Of a DNA stretch of 56,030 bases, positions 8,977-17,618 are shown one piece after another. This stretch comes from Bordetella parapertussis (GTDB lineage Bacteria > Pseudomonadota > Gammaproteobacteria > Burkholderiales > SG8-39): positions 1 to 56,030 of the forward strand of contig CAMDFL010000004.1 in the NCBI GenBank assembly GCA_945897475.1. Reading direction: 5' to 3'. The notes under the pieces were generated by a model, which was not told the origin of the DNA, made no database searches, and saw only the letters and a program-made list of their open reading frames with translations. The position numbers were made by a program, and so were the translations under genes. The stretch's first letter is position 1. Each line of letters starts with the position of its first letter.

Positions 8977-9510
8977 ATGGCCCGAATTCCCTATATTGAA
9001 GAAAATGAACATCCCGAGCTCGCCGCCGAAACGGCCAGGATCAAGGGCGGGCGGGGCAAGGTGATCAATATATACAAGCTATTGTTGCATTCTCCGGGCG
9101 TGGCAATGAGCTGGCTGGAACATAGCAACACGATCCGCTGGAAAACCAGCTTAAGCCCGCGCTTGCGGGAAATCGCCATCATTCGCATCGCGCAGGCCGC
9201 CAACTACGCCTACGCTTTGCAACAGCATGTGCCGACTATTGCCCTGGCCGACGGCGTAAGCCTGGATGAGTGTGAGGCGCTGCGAGATTGGCGTGCTTCG
9301 GGCTTGTTCAGTCAAGCCGAGCGCGCGGCGCTTGCCTATGTCGACGCCATGATTGCCGGTCCCGAGGTGACTGATGAGGTATTCGATGCGCTGCGCGCAC
9401 ACTACAACGAGCGCGAGATTGTGGAGCTATCGGTACTGGTGGGCACCTATCTCATGCACAACCGGGTGTTTCGCGCGCTGCGCATCGATTGCGAACCGAA
9501 ACCAGTCTGA
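8977..9510 (+). CDS. Carboxymuconolactone decarboxylase / AhpD-like protein
   Basis: MARIPY...NIYKLLLHSP...LSPRLREIAIIRIA...Y...H...FSQAERAALAY...EIVEL...Y. Confidence 0.85.
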   Translation: MARIPYIEENEHPELAAETARIKGGRGKVINIYKLLLHSPGVAMSWLEHSNTIRWKTSLSPRLREIAIIRIAQAANYAYALQQHVPTIALADGVSLDECEALRDWRASGLFSQAERAALAYVDAMIAGPEVTDEVFDALRAHYNEREIVELSVLVGTYLMHNRVFRALRIDCEPKPV

Positions 9511-9512
9511 GG

Positions 9513-10595
9513 ATGGCGAAATCTCCGGTTATCGTGGTTGAGGACGATCCGTTTACGCGGCTGATACCCATTGTGCTCGACCCAGCGCGCAACGATGAAC
9601 GTACCACAGCCTTTGTGAATTTCATGGCGCACGACCTGCCCGATTTCGATGGCTGGGTGCGGCGTGTGCGTGCCGGCGCATCCAGGCTGTATCCGGCGGA
9701 AGTTCGAATGGTGAGTTCGCAGGATGAGTTACGCGCCAATCTTTCAGATTGCCAGGTGTTGGTGGTCGAGGCGCTATCGGTGGGGCGCGAGGAGCTCGCG
9801 CTGGCCGGGCACCTTGAAGTGCTGCAGAAGTTCGGCACCACGCTGCGAAATATCGACACCGCTGCGTGCGCAGAGAGAAAGATTGCTTTGCTCACTTTGA
9901 GACGCCGCGCCAATATTTCTTGCGCGGAACATGCTTTCGCGCTGATGTTGATGCTGGCGAGAAAGTTGCAAACGGTCAGTGGTCTGGTGACGGTGGAACG
10001 GATCAACGCGGCGGGGCTCGACTATCGTCCTTACGACCGGCGCCATTCGGCGGGTGGAAATTTCGCTCGCGTCGGCGGCACGCGCGCCCTGAACGGAGCG
10101 ACCATCGGCATCATTGGCCTGGGGGAAATCGGCCGCGAGATCGCGCGCCGCGCCGTGGCCTTCGACATGCAGGTGCTTTATCACCAGCGCACACCCGCCT
10201 CGGCGGCCGAGGAACGGGAATTCAAAGCGCGTCATGTCCCTCTTGACACTCTGCTCGCCGAGGCCGATTGGATCATCCCGCAGTTGCCGACCCTGCCTGC
10301 CACGCGCAATCTCCTCGGGCGCGATGAATTGGCTCGAATCAAGCCGCAGGCCTGCATTGTCAACGTAGCGAATGCGCCGCTGGTCAATCGAGACGCCTTG
10401 CTTGAAGTTTTGCGCTCAGGCCGCCTTGCAGGCATTGCGCTGGATGTCCATTATCAGGAGCCGGTGGCCGATGACGATGAGCTGCTCAGTTTTGATAACG
10501 TCATTCTTACACCGCGCATGGCGGGATCGCCGCGCGCCAACGCCCTCAACGATTTGGAAGAACTCATTATCGGGCTGGCACGGGAGCTGTCTTGA
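9513..10595 (+). CDS. D-isomer-specific 2-hydroxyacid dehydrogenase family protein (atypical active site)
   Basis: CAEHAFALML, GIIGLGEIG, GIALDVHYQEP; canonical ARG and TPH motifs read ANA and TPR. Confidence 0.85.
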   Translation: MAKSPVIVVEDDPFTRLIPIVLDPARNDERTTAFVNFMAHDLPDFDGWVRRVRAGASRLYPAEVRMVSSQDELRANLSDCQVLVVEALSVGREELALAGHLEVLQKFGTTLRNIDTAACAERKIALLTLRRRANISCAEHAFALMLMLARKLQTVSGLVTVERINAAGLDYRPYDRRHSAGGNFARVGGTRALNGATIGIIGLGEIGREIARRAVAFDMQVLYHQRTPASAAEEREFKARHVPLDTLLAEADWIIPQLPTLPATRNLLGRDELARIKPQACIVNVANAPLVNRDALLEVLRSGRLAGIALDVHYQEPVADDDELLSFDNVILTPRMAGSPRANALNDLEELIIGLARELS

Positions 10596-10607
10596 CCATG
10601 GCGGGTG

Positions 10608-10673
10608 ACATGAACAGGATAGGCAAGCATGCATCGGTGGGCTACATGAACAGGATCAGAAAGCATGCATCGG
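10608..10673 (+). repeat. Two imperfect 30-bp direct repeats, 36-bp period
   Basis: ACATGAACAGGATAGGCAAGCATGCATCGG (10608-10637) and ACATGAACAGGATCAGAAAGCATGCATCGG (10644-10673). Confidence 0.9.
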
Positions 10674-10674
10674 G

Positions 10675-10956
10675 GCGCTACCTGAGGTTCCCACCATGAT
10701 CGAGGCCGGCGTCAAAGATTACGTCGTGGCCCTTTGGATGGCTTTTGCCATGCCGGCTGCAACGCCTGAGCCGTTCACAAGGCGCCTCAATGCGGAGATG
10801 TCGGTGATTTTGAGCGAAGCAGATACCGTGGAGATTTTGCGCAAACAAGGCTTTGAGCCCGAAACTGGCGCGCCAGAGTTGGTCACCTCGCGTATTCGCG
10901 GCGAGATCGACATGTGGCGCGCGCTTATCGCCAGGACCGGCATCAAGGTTGAGTGA
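10675..10956 (+). pseudogene. Bug/TctC C-terminal fragment
   Basis: ALPEVPTMIEAGVKDY...W...PAATP...RLNAE...E...W..LI...GIKVE is the typical Bug C-terminus; N-terminal two thirds are absent. Confidence 0.8.
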
Positions 10957-10978
10957 GAGGAGATCGGCTTGCACTCGC

Positions 10979-11282
10979 ATGTCACGCTATCTTGACCTTT
11001 ACCCCGCGCCTGATCTGCCATCGCTAGGAGGTTTCGGCTCGGACTCAGGAATGCAAAGCGACTTCGGTGTCTGGACCACGGGCCAGACTCCCGCCACGCA
11101 TGGTTGCGCAACTTAACGCGGAATTCGTCAAGGCAATTCGCGCGCCGGCCACCGCAAAGGTACTGAACGACCTGACGCTCGAAGCCCTAGGCAATACATC
11201 GGCCGAGTTCGACACGTTCATCGTTGCCGATCGCGCCAACGCGGGAAACCTGGTGAAGAGTCTTGGGGGGGCAAGCCCTTGA
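10979..11282 (+). pseudogene. Bug/TctC C-terminal fragment with frameshift
   Basis: SRYLDLYPAPDLPSLG...FGVWTTGQTP then a frame change to MVAQLNAEFVKAIRAP...GNTSAEFDTFIVADRANAGNLVKSLG. Confidence 0.65.
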
Positions 11283-11459
11283 ATGCGCCGAATTAGAATT
11301 TGATAGATATACGTGGGCCATTACGCGCACTCACAGCTAGCAAGTTACTACCCTGGCGCAAGGGTAGATGCTCGAAGATGCGCATCTGGCGGGCATGTGC
11401 AGGGCATGGCGGCACTGGAGCCTGGGCTTCTATGCAGTGCGTCGGGTTCGGTAGCTGCC

Positions 11460-11549
11460 GCGTAGCGTGCCCGCTCATGGGCTGGCCGAACGCGTTGGTT
11501 GAATATATAAAGGCCGTTCTGGCAAGTCCCATGCAGCGGCTTGTTATGC
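11460..11549 (-). mobile_element. Integron attC recombination site, solitary, with degenerate R' core
   Basis: Minus strand, 3 nt after the upstream stop: GCATAAC-AAG-CCGCTGCATGGG ... CCCATGAGCGG-GCAC-GCTACGC; inner boxes pair with one extrahelical G; R' deviates from expected GTTATGC at two positions. Confidence 0.72.
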
Positions 11550-11552
11550 GGC

Positions 11553-11852
11553 TTACTTCGCACGGATGCGATTATTCTTTGGATTGTGCTCAAGCTCACA
11601 AAGACCGAGTTCTTCCATTAACGGGGGAACGTAGACCCCAAAGCGCCCGCGAAGTCCTTTTTTCAGGCCATACCAACCACCGATTGGGTTGCTTGGATCA
11701 CGTCCCCAAAATTCAACAGTGTTTTCTTTTGCTGGCTTTTGTTCATCGGCACCCCCAAGCGCTACCCAATCGCCTGCGGACTCGAGCATTTCTCGAAGAT
11801 CGTCGATGCGGCGTGCGTCAAGCGATTGGTGGTGCTCTATTTTCACGATCAA
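11553..11852 (-). pseudogene. Conserved hypothetical protein (DUF6855-like), probably 5'-truncated cassette gene
   Basis: RIDDLREML...GDWVALGGADEQKP..NTVEFWGRDPSNPIGGWYGLKKGLRGRFGVYVPPLMEELGLCELEHNPKNNRIRA matches a family I recall as longer at the N-terminus; no clear ATG/RBS; followed by attC. Confidence 0.55.
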
Positions 11853-12003
11853 AACCGATTTGATGTGAGCTTGATCGTCGAGTGGGGTCGGCTGGTGCCG
11901 TCAAATGCCGCTTTGCGATTCTCCCCTCGAAATCTAAAATAGCGGTCTCGCCCGGCGTTATCGCGACACTTTTCTCCGTCAACCCTTAAAAAGCAAAATC
12001 TCC

Positions 12004-13227
12004 ATGTCCGGTCCTCTTTCGCATATCCGTGTCCTCGATCTCTCCCGCGTTCTCGCCGGCCCTTGGTGCGGCCAAAACCTTGCCGATCTTGGCGCCGAGG
12101 TGATCAAGGTTGAACGACCCAAGACGGGCGATGATTCGCGCGCTTATGGGCCGCCGTGGATGAAGGACGCATCCGGCAATGAGACTAGCGAAGCGGCTTA
12201 TTTCATGGCGGCGAATCGCGGCAAAAAATCAATTACGGTGAATCTGAATCATCCTGAGGGTCAAAGCTTGATACGCGATCTGGCCGCCAAGTGCGATGTG
12301 TTGATCGAGAACTATAAGTTCGGTGACCTTGATCGTTATGGCCTGGGGTACAAGGATTTATCGATATTGAACCCCGGTCTGGTGTATTGCTCGGTGACGG
12401 GCTTTGGTCAGACCGGGCCTTACCGCGAGAAACCCGGTTACGATTTCATGGCGCAAGGCATGGCCGGGTTGATGAGTATTACCGGCGAACCAGATGGGGT
12501 GCCAGGCGGGGGTCCGATGCGGGTGGGGGTGCCGGTGATCGATATTTTCACCGGTATGTACGCCACGATCGCTATCTGCGCGGCGGTCGCAAACAAAGCG
12601 GTGACCGGCAAGGGGCAGCATCTGGATGTGGCTTTGCTGGATTCCTGCATGGCTTTGTTGGCCAATCAGGGTATGACTTACCTTGCCACCGGTGAGACGC
12701 CCAAGCGCATCGGAAATTCGCATCCGACCATCGTGCCTTATCAGGTGTTTGCGACTGCCGATGGCGCCATTATCCTGGCTTGTGGCAATGACAATCTGTT
12801 CACCAAGTTTTGCGCAGTCGCCAAGCGCGAGGATCTCGTCAAGGATGAGCGCTTCGCGAAGAATGCGGTGCGGGTGAAGCACCGCACGACGCTGGTGCCG
12901 ATTCTCGAAGAGGTATTCAAGCAGCGCGCCACCGCCGAATGGGTGGACGCGCTCGAAGAAGCAGGCGTGCCCTGCGGCCCGATCAATACCGTGGCTCAGG
13001 CGTTCGCAGACCCGCAGGTGCAGGCTCGCGGCATGCAGATCAGCCTGCCGCATCCGTTGGCGGGCAATGTGCCGCTGATGGGCAGCCCGATGAAGTTCTC
13101 CGCTACGCCTATCGAACATAAACTGGCACCGCCGGTGCTGGGCCAGCACGCAGATGAAATTCTCGAGCAGGTGCTGGGCCTGGGGCCTGACGCGCGCGCT
13201 AAGTTGCGCGCAGCTGGCGCAATTTAG
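12004..13227 (+). CDS. CaiB/BaiF family III CoA-transferase
   Basis: RVLDLSRVLAGPWCGQNLADLGAEVIKVE, NRGKKS, GFGQTGP, GYDF..Q. Confidence 0.95.
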   Translation: MSGPLSHIRVLDLSRVLAGPWCGQNLADLGAEVIKVERPKTGDDSRAYGPPWMKDASGNETSEAAYFMAANRGKKSITVNLNHPEGQSLIRDLAAKCDVLIENYKFGDLDRYGLGYKDLSILNPGLVYCSVTGFGQTGPYREKPGYDFMAQGMAGLMSITGEPDGVPGGGPMRVGVPVIDIFTGMYATIAICAAVANKAVTGKGQHLDVALLDSCMALLANQGMTYLATGETPKRIGNSHPTIVPYQVFATADGAIILACGNDNLFTKFCAVAKREDLVKDERFAKNAVRVKHRTTLVPILEEVFKQRATAEWVDALEEAGVPCGPINTVAQAFADPQVQARGMQISLPHPLAGNVPLMGSPMKFSATPIEHKLAPPVLGQHADEILEQVLGLGPDARAKLRAAGAI

Positions 13228-13232
13228 ATTCA

Positions 13233-13997
13233 TTGCGGATGTTCCCTGCATCGTTGAATCGATTTTTCGTCGTTGTAGTAACGCTGTTGGCCTGCGCTTG
13301 CACCACCATTACTCCCGACTACGCCCGCGAACAACGCTGGGCGGAGGAAATCGTGCCGAGCCTGGTGGTGGGTGACGCGGTGCGAATCGAGACTGCGTCG
13401 AAACGGCGCTTTCTGGGCATTCTGGCGGAATCGCCGAAATCGCGTGGCGCAATCATCCTGATGCATGGATCGGGGGTGCATCCCGACTTTGCTATTGTGG
13501 GACAACTGCGATCCCTGCTGAATGATGCTGGATTTTCCACGCTTTCAATTCAAATGCCTGTATTGGCGGGGGATGCGCCGGCCTCAGATTATCCGGGGGT
13601 GTTTGCCGAAGCCAATGAACGAATCGCGGCGGCCATTGAATTTCTGCGTTTGAAAAAACAAACCCGCATCGCGTTGGTTTCGCACAGCATGGGCGCCCGC
13701 ATGGCGCTGGATTTTCTCAAGCGCAATCCCGCCTCGGCGCTCGCTGCCTGGGTGCCGCTGGCAATCTCCGATGGCGAACTTACCGGCTTGCCGCGGGTCA
13801 ATTTCCCGGTTTTTGATGTTTATGCCGAGCGTGATTTCGAGGCGGTACTGGCCAGGAAAAGTGACAGGGCGGCCGCGTTGCGCGCGCTGCCTGGGTCCAA
13901 ACAGGTTATGGTGTTTGCTACCGACCATTTCTTTGCGGGCCGCGAAAAAGAAGTGGCGATGTTGCTGGGCGAGCTGCTCGGGCCCGCATTCAAATAA
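13233..13997 (+). CDS. DUF3530-family alpha/beta hydrolase, possible lipoprotein
   Basis: Signal-like N-terminus, DYAREQRWAEEI, HGSGVHPD, SHSMG nucleophile elbow, DHFF; start uncertain. Confidence 0.8.
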   Translation: MRMFPASLNRFFVVVVTLLACACTTITPDYAREQRWAEEIVPSLVVGDAVRIETASKRRFLGILAESPKSRGAIILMHGSGVHPDFAIVGQLRSLLNDAGFSTLSIQMPVLAGDAPASDYPGVFAEANERIAAAIEFLRLKKQTRIALVSHSMGARMALDFLKRNPASALAAWVPLAISDGELTGLPRVNFPVFDVYAERDFEAVLARKSDRAAALRALPGSKQVMVFATDHFFAGREKEVAMLLGELLGPAFK

Positions 13998-14023
13998 GCC
14001 GTTGAGAGCTAGGGGGTGTACGC

Positions 14024-14974
14024 ATGGGTCAGCTTGTCGAAGGAAAATGGTCCGATCAGGATCTGCGCCGCATCGATGCCAAGGGTGCGTTCATGCGGCC
14101 GGACTCGGTGTTTCGAGAATGGGTGAAGGATTCAGGCTCGGCGCCGTTTGCTGCCGAGAAAAATCGTTATCACCTGTTTGTTGCCAAAAATTGCCCTTGG
14201 GCGCATCGCACCGAAATCGTTCGGCGAATGAAAAAGCTGGATGACGTCATCTCGGTCACCTACGCCGACATGCCACGCACCGAGGGCTGGGCTTACTCGG
14301 TGGGAATCGACGAATTGCAACCCAAGGACGGCGTGCTGCGCCTGCATCAGGTGTACACCGCGGCAAAGTCCGACTACACCGGCCGCGTCACCGTCCCCAC
14401 GCTGTGGGATCGCAAGCGACACACCGTGGTCAATAACGAATCCTCGGAGATCATCCGCATGCTGAACGCCGAGTTCAGCCAATGGGGCGATAACAGCGTC
14501 GATCTTTATCCCGAGTTGCTTCGAAAAGACATCGACGAGATAAACGCCTATGTCTATGAGCGCGTCAACAACGGAGCCTATCGATGCGGTTTCGCCAAAT
14601 CGCAGGAAGCTTACGAAACTGCCTTCAATCGCCTGTTCGAAGCTTTCGATGTCCTGGAGAAACGCTTGTCGACACAACGCTTCCTGGTGGGCGGCAAGTT
14701 GACCGAGGCCGACGTGCGCCTGTACACCACGCTGGTGCGCTTCGATGCCGCCTACCATGGTCTTTTTAAATGCAATCTTCGGCGCATCGAGGATTACCCG
14801 AATTTGTCGAACTACCTTCGAGACCTGTATCAACGTCCCGGTTTTGGCGACACCACCGACATCGATGCCATCAAGCGCGGCTACTACTCCAACCGCGATA
14901 TCAACCCCACAGGCATCGTGCCGGTGGGCCCGGCGCAGGATTTCACCCGCGCGCATGATCGGGGGCGTTTCTGA
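14024..14974 (+). CDS. yqjG: Glutathionyl-hydroquinone reductase (GST Xi/omega-like)
   Basis: RYHLFV..CPWAHR, GRVTVPTLWD, NNESSEIIRM, TTLVRFD, INPTGIVP. Confidence 0.92.
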   Translation: MGQLVEGKWSDQDLRRIDAKGAFMRPDSVFREWVKDSGSAPFAAEKNRYHLFVAKNCPWAHRTEIVRRMKKLDDVISVTYADMPRTEGWAYSVGIDELQPKDGVLRLHQVYTAAKSDYTGRVTVPTLWDRKRHTVVNNESSEIIRMLNAEFSQWGDNSVDLYPELLRKDIDEINAYVYERVNNGAYRCGFAKSQEAYETAFNRLFEAFDVLEKRLSTQRFLVGGKLTEADVRLYTTLVRFDAAYHGLFKCNLRRIEDYPNLSNYLRDLYQRPGFGDTTDIDAIKRGYYSNRDINPTGIVPVGPAQDFTRAHDRGRF

Positions 14975-14975
14975 T

Positions 14976-15584
14976 TTGGATAAACCGAAGCTCGAGGCCA
15001 TCGTATTCGATCTTGGTGGCGTGCTGCTTGAGGTGGATTTCGGGTGCGTATTCGCGGCGTGGGCTGAGCATGCGGGAGTGCCGGCGGCGCAGATCCGCGA
15101 TCGCTATCGGATGGATGCCGCCTACGAGCGGCACGAGCGCGGGGAGATCTCGGCCACGCAGTACTTTGAGTGCCTGCGGGATACCCTGGGCCTGCGGCTC
15201 ACGGATGCGCAGTTCGAGGCAGGGTGGAACGAAGTAGTGCGAGGCGAGTTTCCGGGAGTGGCTGCGTTGATTGAACAGGCCGCGCAACGCTTGCCCTTAT
15301 ATGTATTTAGCAACACCAATGCGATGCATCACGCGCATTGGGGTCCCTCGCATGCGCGCCTGCTACAGCCGTTTCGCCGCCTGTTCATGTCCTATGAGAT
15401 GGGCCTTCGCAAACCCGAGGCTCTCGCGTTCAACTACATCGCGGCTGAAATCGGCGTGCCCCTGCCGAACATATTGTTCTTCGACGACACCGCCGAAAAT
15501 GTCCTGGCTGCTCGGTCGCTTGGCATGCAGGCGGTGCAGGTTGCGGGCTTCGATCAACTGCGCAGCGCGCTAGCGCGGCTCTAG
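14976..15584 (+). CDS. HAD-family phosphatase (YihX-like)
   Basis: FDLGGVL motif I, SNTN, GLRKP, FFDD; TTG start right after yqjG stop. Confidence 0.88.
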   Translation: MDKPKLEAIVFDLGGVLLEVDFGCVFAAWAEHAGVPAAQIRDRYRMDAAYERHERGEISATQYFECLRDTLGLRLTDAQFEAGWNEVVRGEFPGVAALIEQAAQRLPLYVFSNTNAMHHAHWGPSHARLLQPFRRLFMSYEMGLRKPEALAFNYIAAEIGVPLPNILFFDDTAENVLAARSLGMQAVQVAGFDQLRSALARL

Positions 15585-15586
15585 GC

Positions 15587-16771
15587 TCAGGATTTTTCAG
15601 GCCGGTTGCTCCCGGCAATAATTTTATATTCGAACAGACGACACTCGATGGCGCCATTGAAAAGCGGCGTGCGTTTGCTCGCCTTCAAGCGTATGCCTTT
15701 GGGGAGGTCCGGGTCGCCGGTGAAATAGTAGCAACGCCATCCGGCGAAATGCTGCTTCATCCAATCGCCCAGTTTTGGGTAGAGCGCCACGAGATCGTCT
15801 TTTTCGCCGATACGTTCGCCGTAAGGCGGGTTGGTTACCATCACCCCTTCCCCGGATGGCGCGCGAAGATCGGTGGCGCTCGCCTGCTTGATCTGCACCA
15901 CATCAGACAGACCCGCCGCGCGCAGATTCTCTTTCGCGTATTCGACTTCGCGGTAATGCAGATCGCTGCCATGGATGGACAGTTTCTTATCCAGGGTTCG
16001 CGCCGCCAGCGCCGCATCGCGAACCGAAGTCCAGACCACGGCATCGAAATCGGCCAAGCGTTGCAATCCAAAGTCACGTCCGAGTCCGGGGGCGATATTG
16101 AGACCCATCATCGCCGCTTCGGCGAGCAAGGTGCCCCCGCCGCACATGGGATCGAGCAGCACCTCATCGGGGCGCCAATCCGTCAGCAGGAGGATGCCGG
16201 CCGCGAGGTTCTCTTTTAGAGGAGCCTCCACCGATTGGGCGCGATAACCACGCTTGTAGAGCGGTTCACCCGAGGTATCCAGATACAAAGTCATGCTATC
16301 GCGCGTGAGAAATGCCTGAATGCGAACCTCTGGGGTGCGCGTATCGACGTTGGGCCTATCCCCGGTTTCATCCCGGAACCGGTCGCACACTGCGTCCTTG
16401 ATGCGAAGCGTGGCAAAGTCGATACTTTTCAGCGGTGATCGGACTGCTGTGATATCCACTCGAATGGATTGCGAAACCTTGAACCAACGGTGCCACGCGA
16501 CGTTGCGCGCGATCTGGTAGATATCCTGCTCGTTGCGATAGCTCTGGGTGTCCAGTCGGCGCAGGATTCGAGTCGCGAGCCTGGACTCAAGATTGGCGCG
16601 ATACAGGGTGCGCACATCTGCCGCAAAGGCTACACCGCCCGCGGTTGGCGACACACTGCCTGCGCCCAAGCGCCCAAGCTCGGCGGCCAGCAGCGGCTCC
16701 AATCCCCGCGGGCAGCTTGCGAAATAACTCGGCGCTTCGGTCAGTGGCATGCGTAGGTGCTTTGTATCCAT
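15587..16771 (-). CDS. rlmL: THUMP-domain rRNA methyltransferase (RlmL-like, 23S m2G2445)
   Basis: YFASCPRGLE..L..EL, LDTSGEPLYKRGYR, APLKENLAA, DPMCGGGT, NPPYGER. Confidence 0.88.
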   Translation of the reverse strand: MDTKHLRMPLTEAPSYFASCPRGLEPLLAAELGRLGAGSVSPTAGGVAFAADVRTLYRANLESRLATRILRRLDTQSYRNEQDIYQIARNVAWHRWFKVSQSIRVDITAVRSPLKSIDFATLRIKDAVCDRFRDETGDRPNVDTRTPEVRIQAFLTRDSMTLYLDTSGEPLYKRGYRAQSVEAPLKENLAAGILLLTDWRPDEVLLDPMCGGGTLLAEAAMMGLNIAPGLGRDFGLQRLADFDAVVWTSVRDAALAARTLDKKLSIHGSDLHYREVEYAKENLRAAGLSDVVQIKQASATDLRAPSGEGVMVTNPPYGERIGEKDDLVALYPKLGDWMKQHFAGWRCYYFTGDPDLPKGIRLKASKRTPLFNGAIECRLFEYKIIAGSNRPEKS

Positions 16772-16940
16772 GTGTGCTGTCCAAGGCTAGCACGTCGGCG
16801 CCTCGTTATTGAGCGTGCAACCTAGACTTCCTGCAATTTGATAATCTTGATTTGATAGTATTTACATGTTAGTTTTTACTGGCGGCAGCGTGAAAGGATC
16901 GCTTCCATAGTGGAAGCGCCAATCAGGGAGGCGAAGAATA

Positions 16941-17513
16941 ATGAATAGACTTCAGTGGATTACGCTGGGACTTTCCTTCTGCAATCTGTTGGTCGTGTAT
17001 CTGTTCCCACCGTTCGATTACGTTTCGCAAGCACGAGCGGGGGTGGCGACGTTCGAAGGTTTCGCCTGGGTATTCGATGGCCGCCCGAATTACGTCGTCA
17101 ACAAAAGTTTCCAGCACCTGGAATTTTTTGTGGTTTTGCTGAATGCGGCAATCGGCTGGCTGCTTCTGCGCGACCGACCAGCGAAAGCCACCAAAGAAAA
17201 TAAATCCTTCGATTGGCCGCGCGTTGTCCTGTTGGGCGTGGGAATCAACTTGATGTTGGTGCTGTTGTTTCCGCCCATGGAAAATTACTACGCGATATCA
17301 CAATCTGTGCTGTCCTCGTTTGACGGGTTTTATTTTCTGTTTGGCGATCACGGCACGCGCGCCATCGTGCCGCAAATGCTCTATATCGAGGTAATTTTTA
17401 TCCTTATCAATGGCGCCTTGCTGTATTTGCTGTTGCGAAAAGGCGGCGTCACCGAGCTCACCCCCGCGCAGCGCGCGGCCATGGTTGAGGAGTTGCGTAG
17501 AGCTCGGAAGTAG
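16941..17513 (+). CDS. Hypothetical membrane protein with two internal repeats
   Basis: RBS GGGAGG; 190 aa, four hydrophobic segments, duplicated N-L-x4-LFPP...F(E/D)GF...E...N.A...LLLR unit. Confidence 0.75.
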   Translation: MNRLQWITLGLSFCNLLVVYLFPPFDYVSQARAGVATFEGFAWVFDGRPNYVVNKSFQHLEFFVVLLNAAIGWLLLRDRPAKATKENKSFDWPRVVLLGVGINLMLVLLFPPMENYYAISQSVLSSFDGFYFLFGDHGTRAIVPQMLYIEVIFILINGALLYLLLRKGGVTELTPAQRAAMVEELRRARK

Positions 17514-17618
17514 GCCGCCCTGCCGGGTGCCGTGCTGGTGGCCGGGCTTGTTATGCCGTGGTCGGTTCGGTATGCCGTGGTCGGTTTGGTGTACCTCAGT
17601 GGATTGAGTGTATTCGGC

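Noticed and set aside
10608-10673. 36-bp-period repeat as a mini CRISPR array
   Set aside because: Only two copies, a 6-bp spacer and no cas genes in the window
11293-11459. Second cassette or ORF downstream of the attC
   Set aside because: No convincing second attC palindrome and no recognisable protein in any frame
14745-14975. N-terminal extension of the HAD phosphatase
   Set aside because: Overlaps yqjG; HAD motif I lies a few residues after TTG 14976
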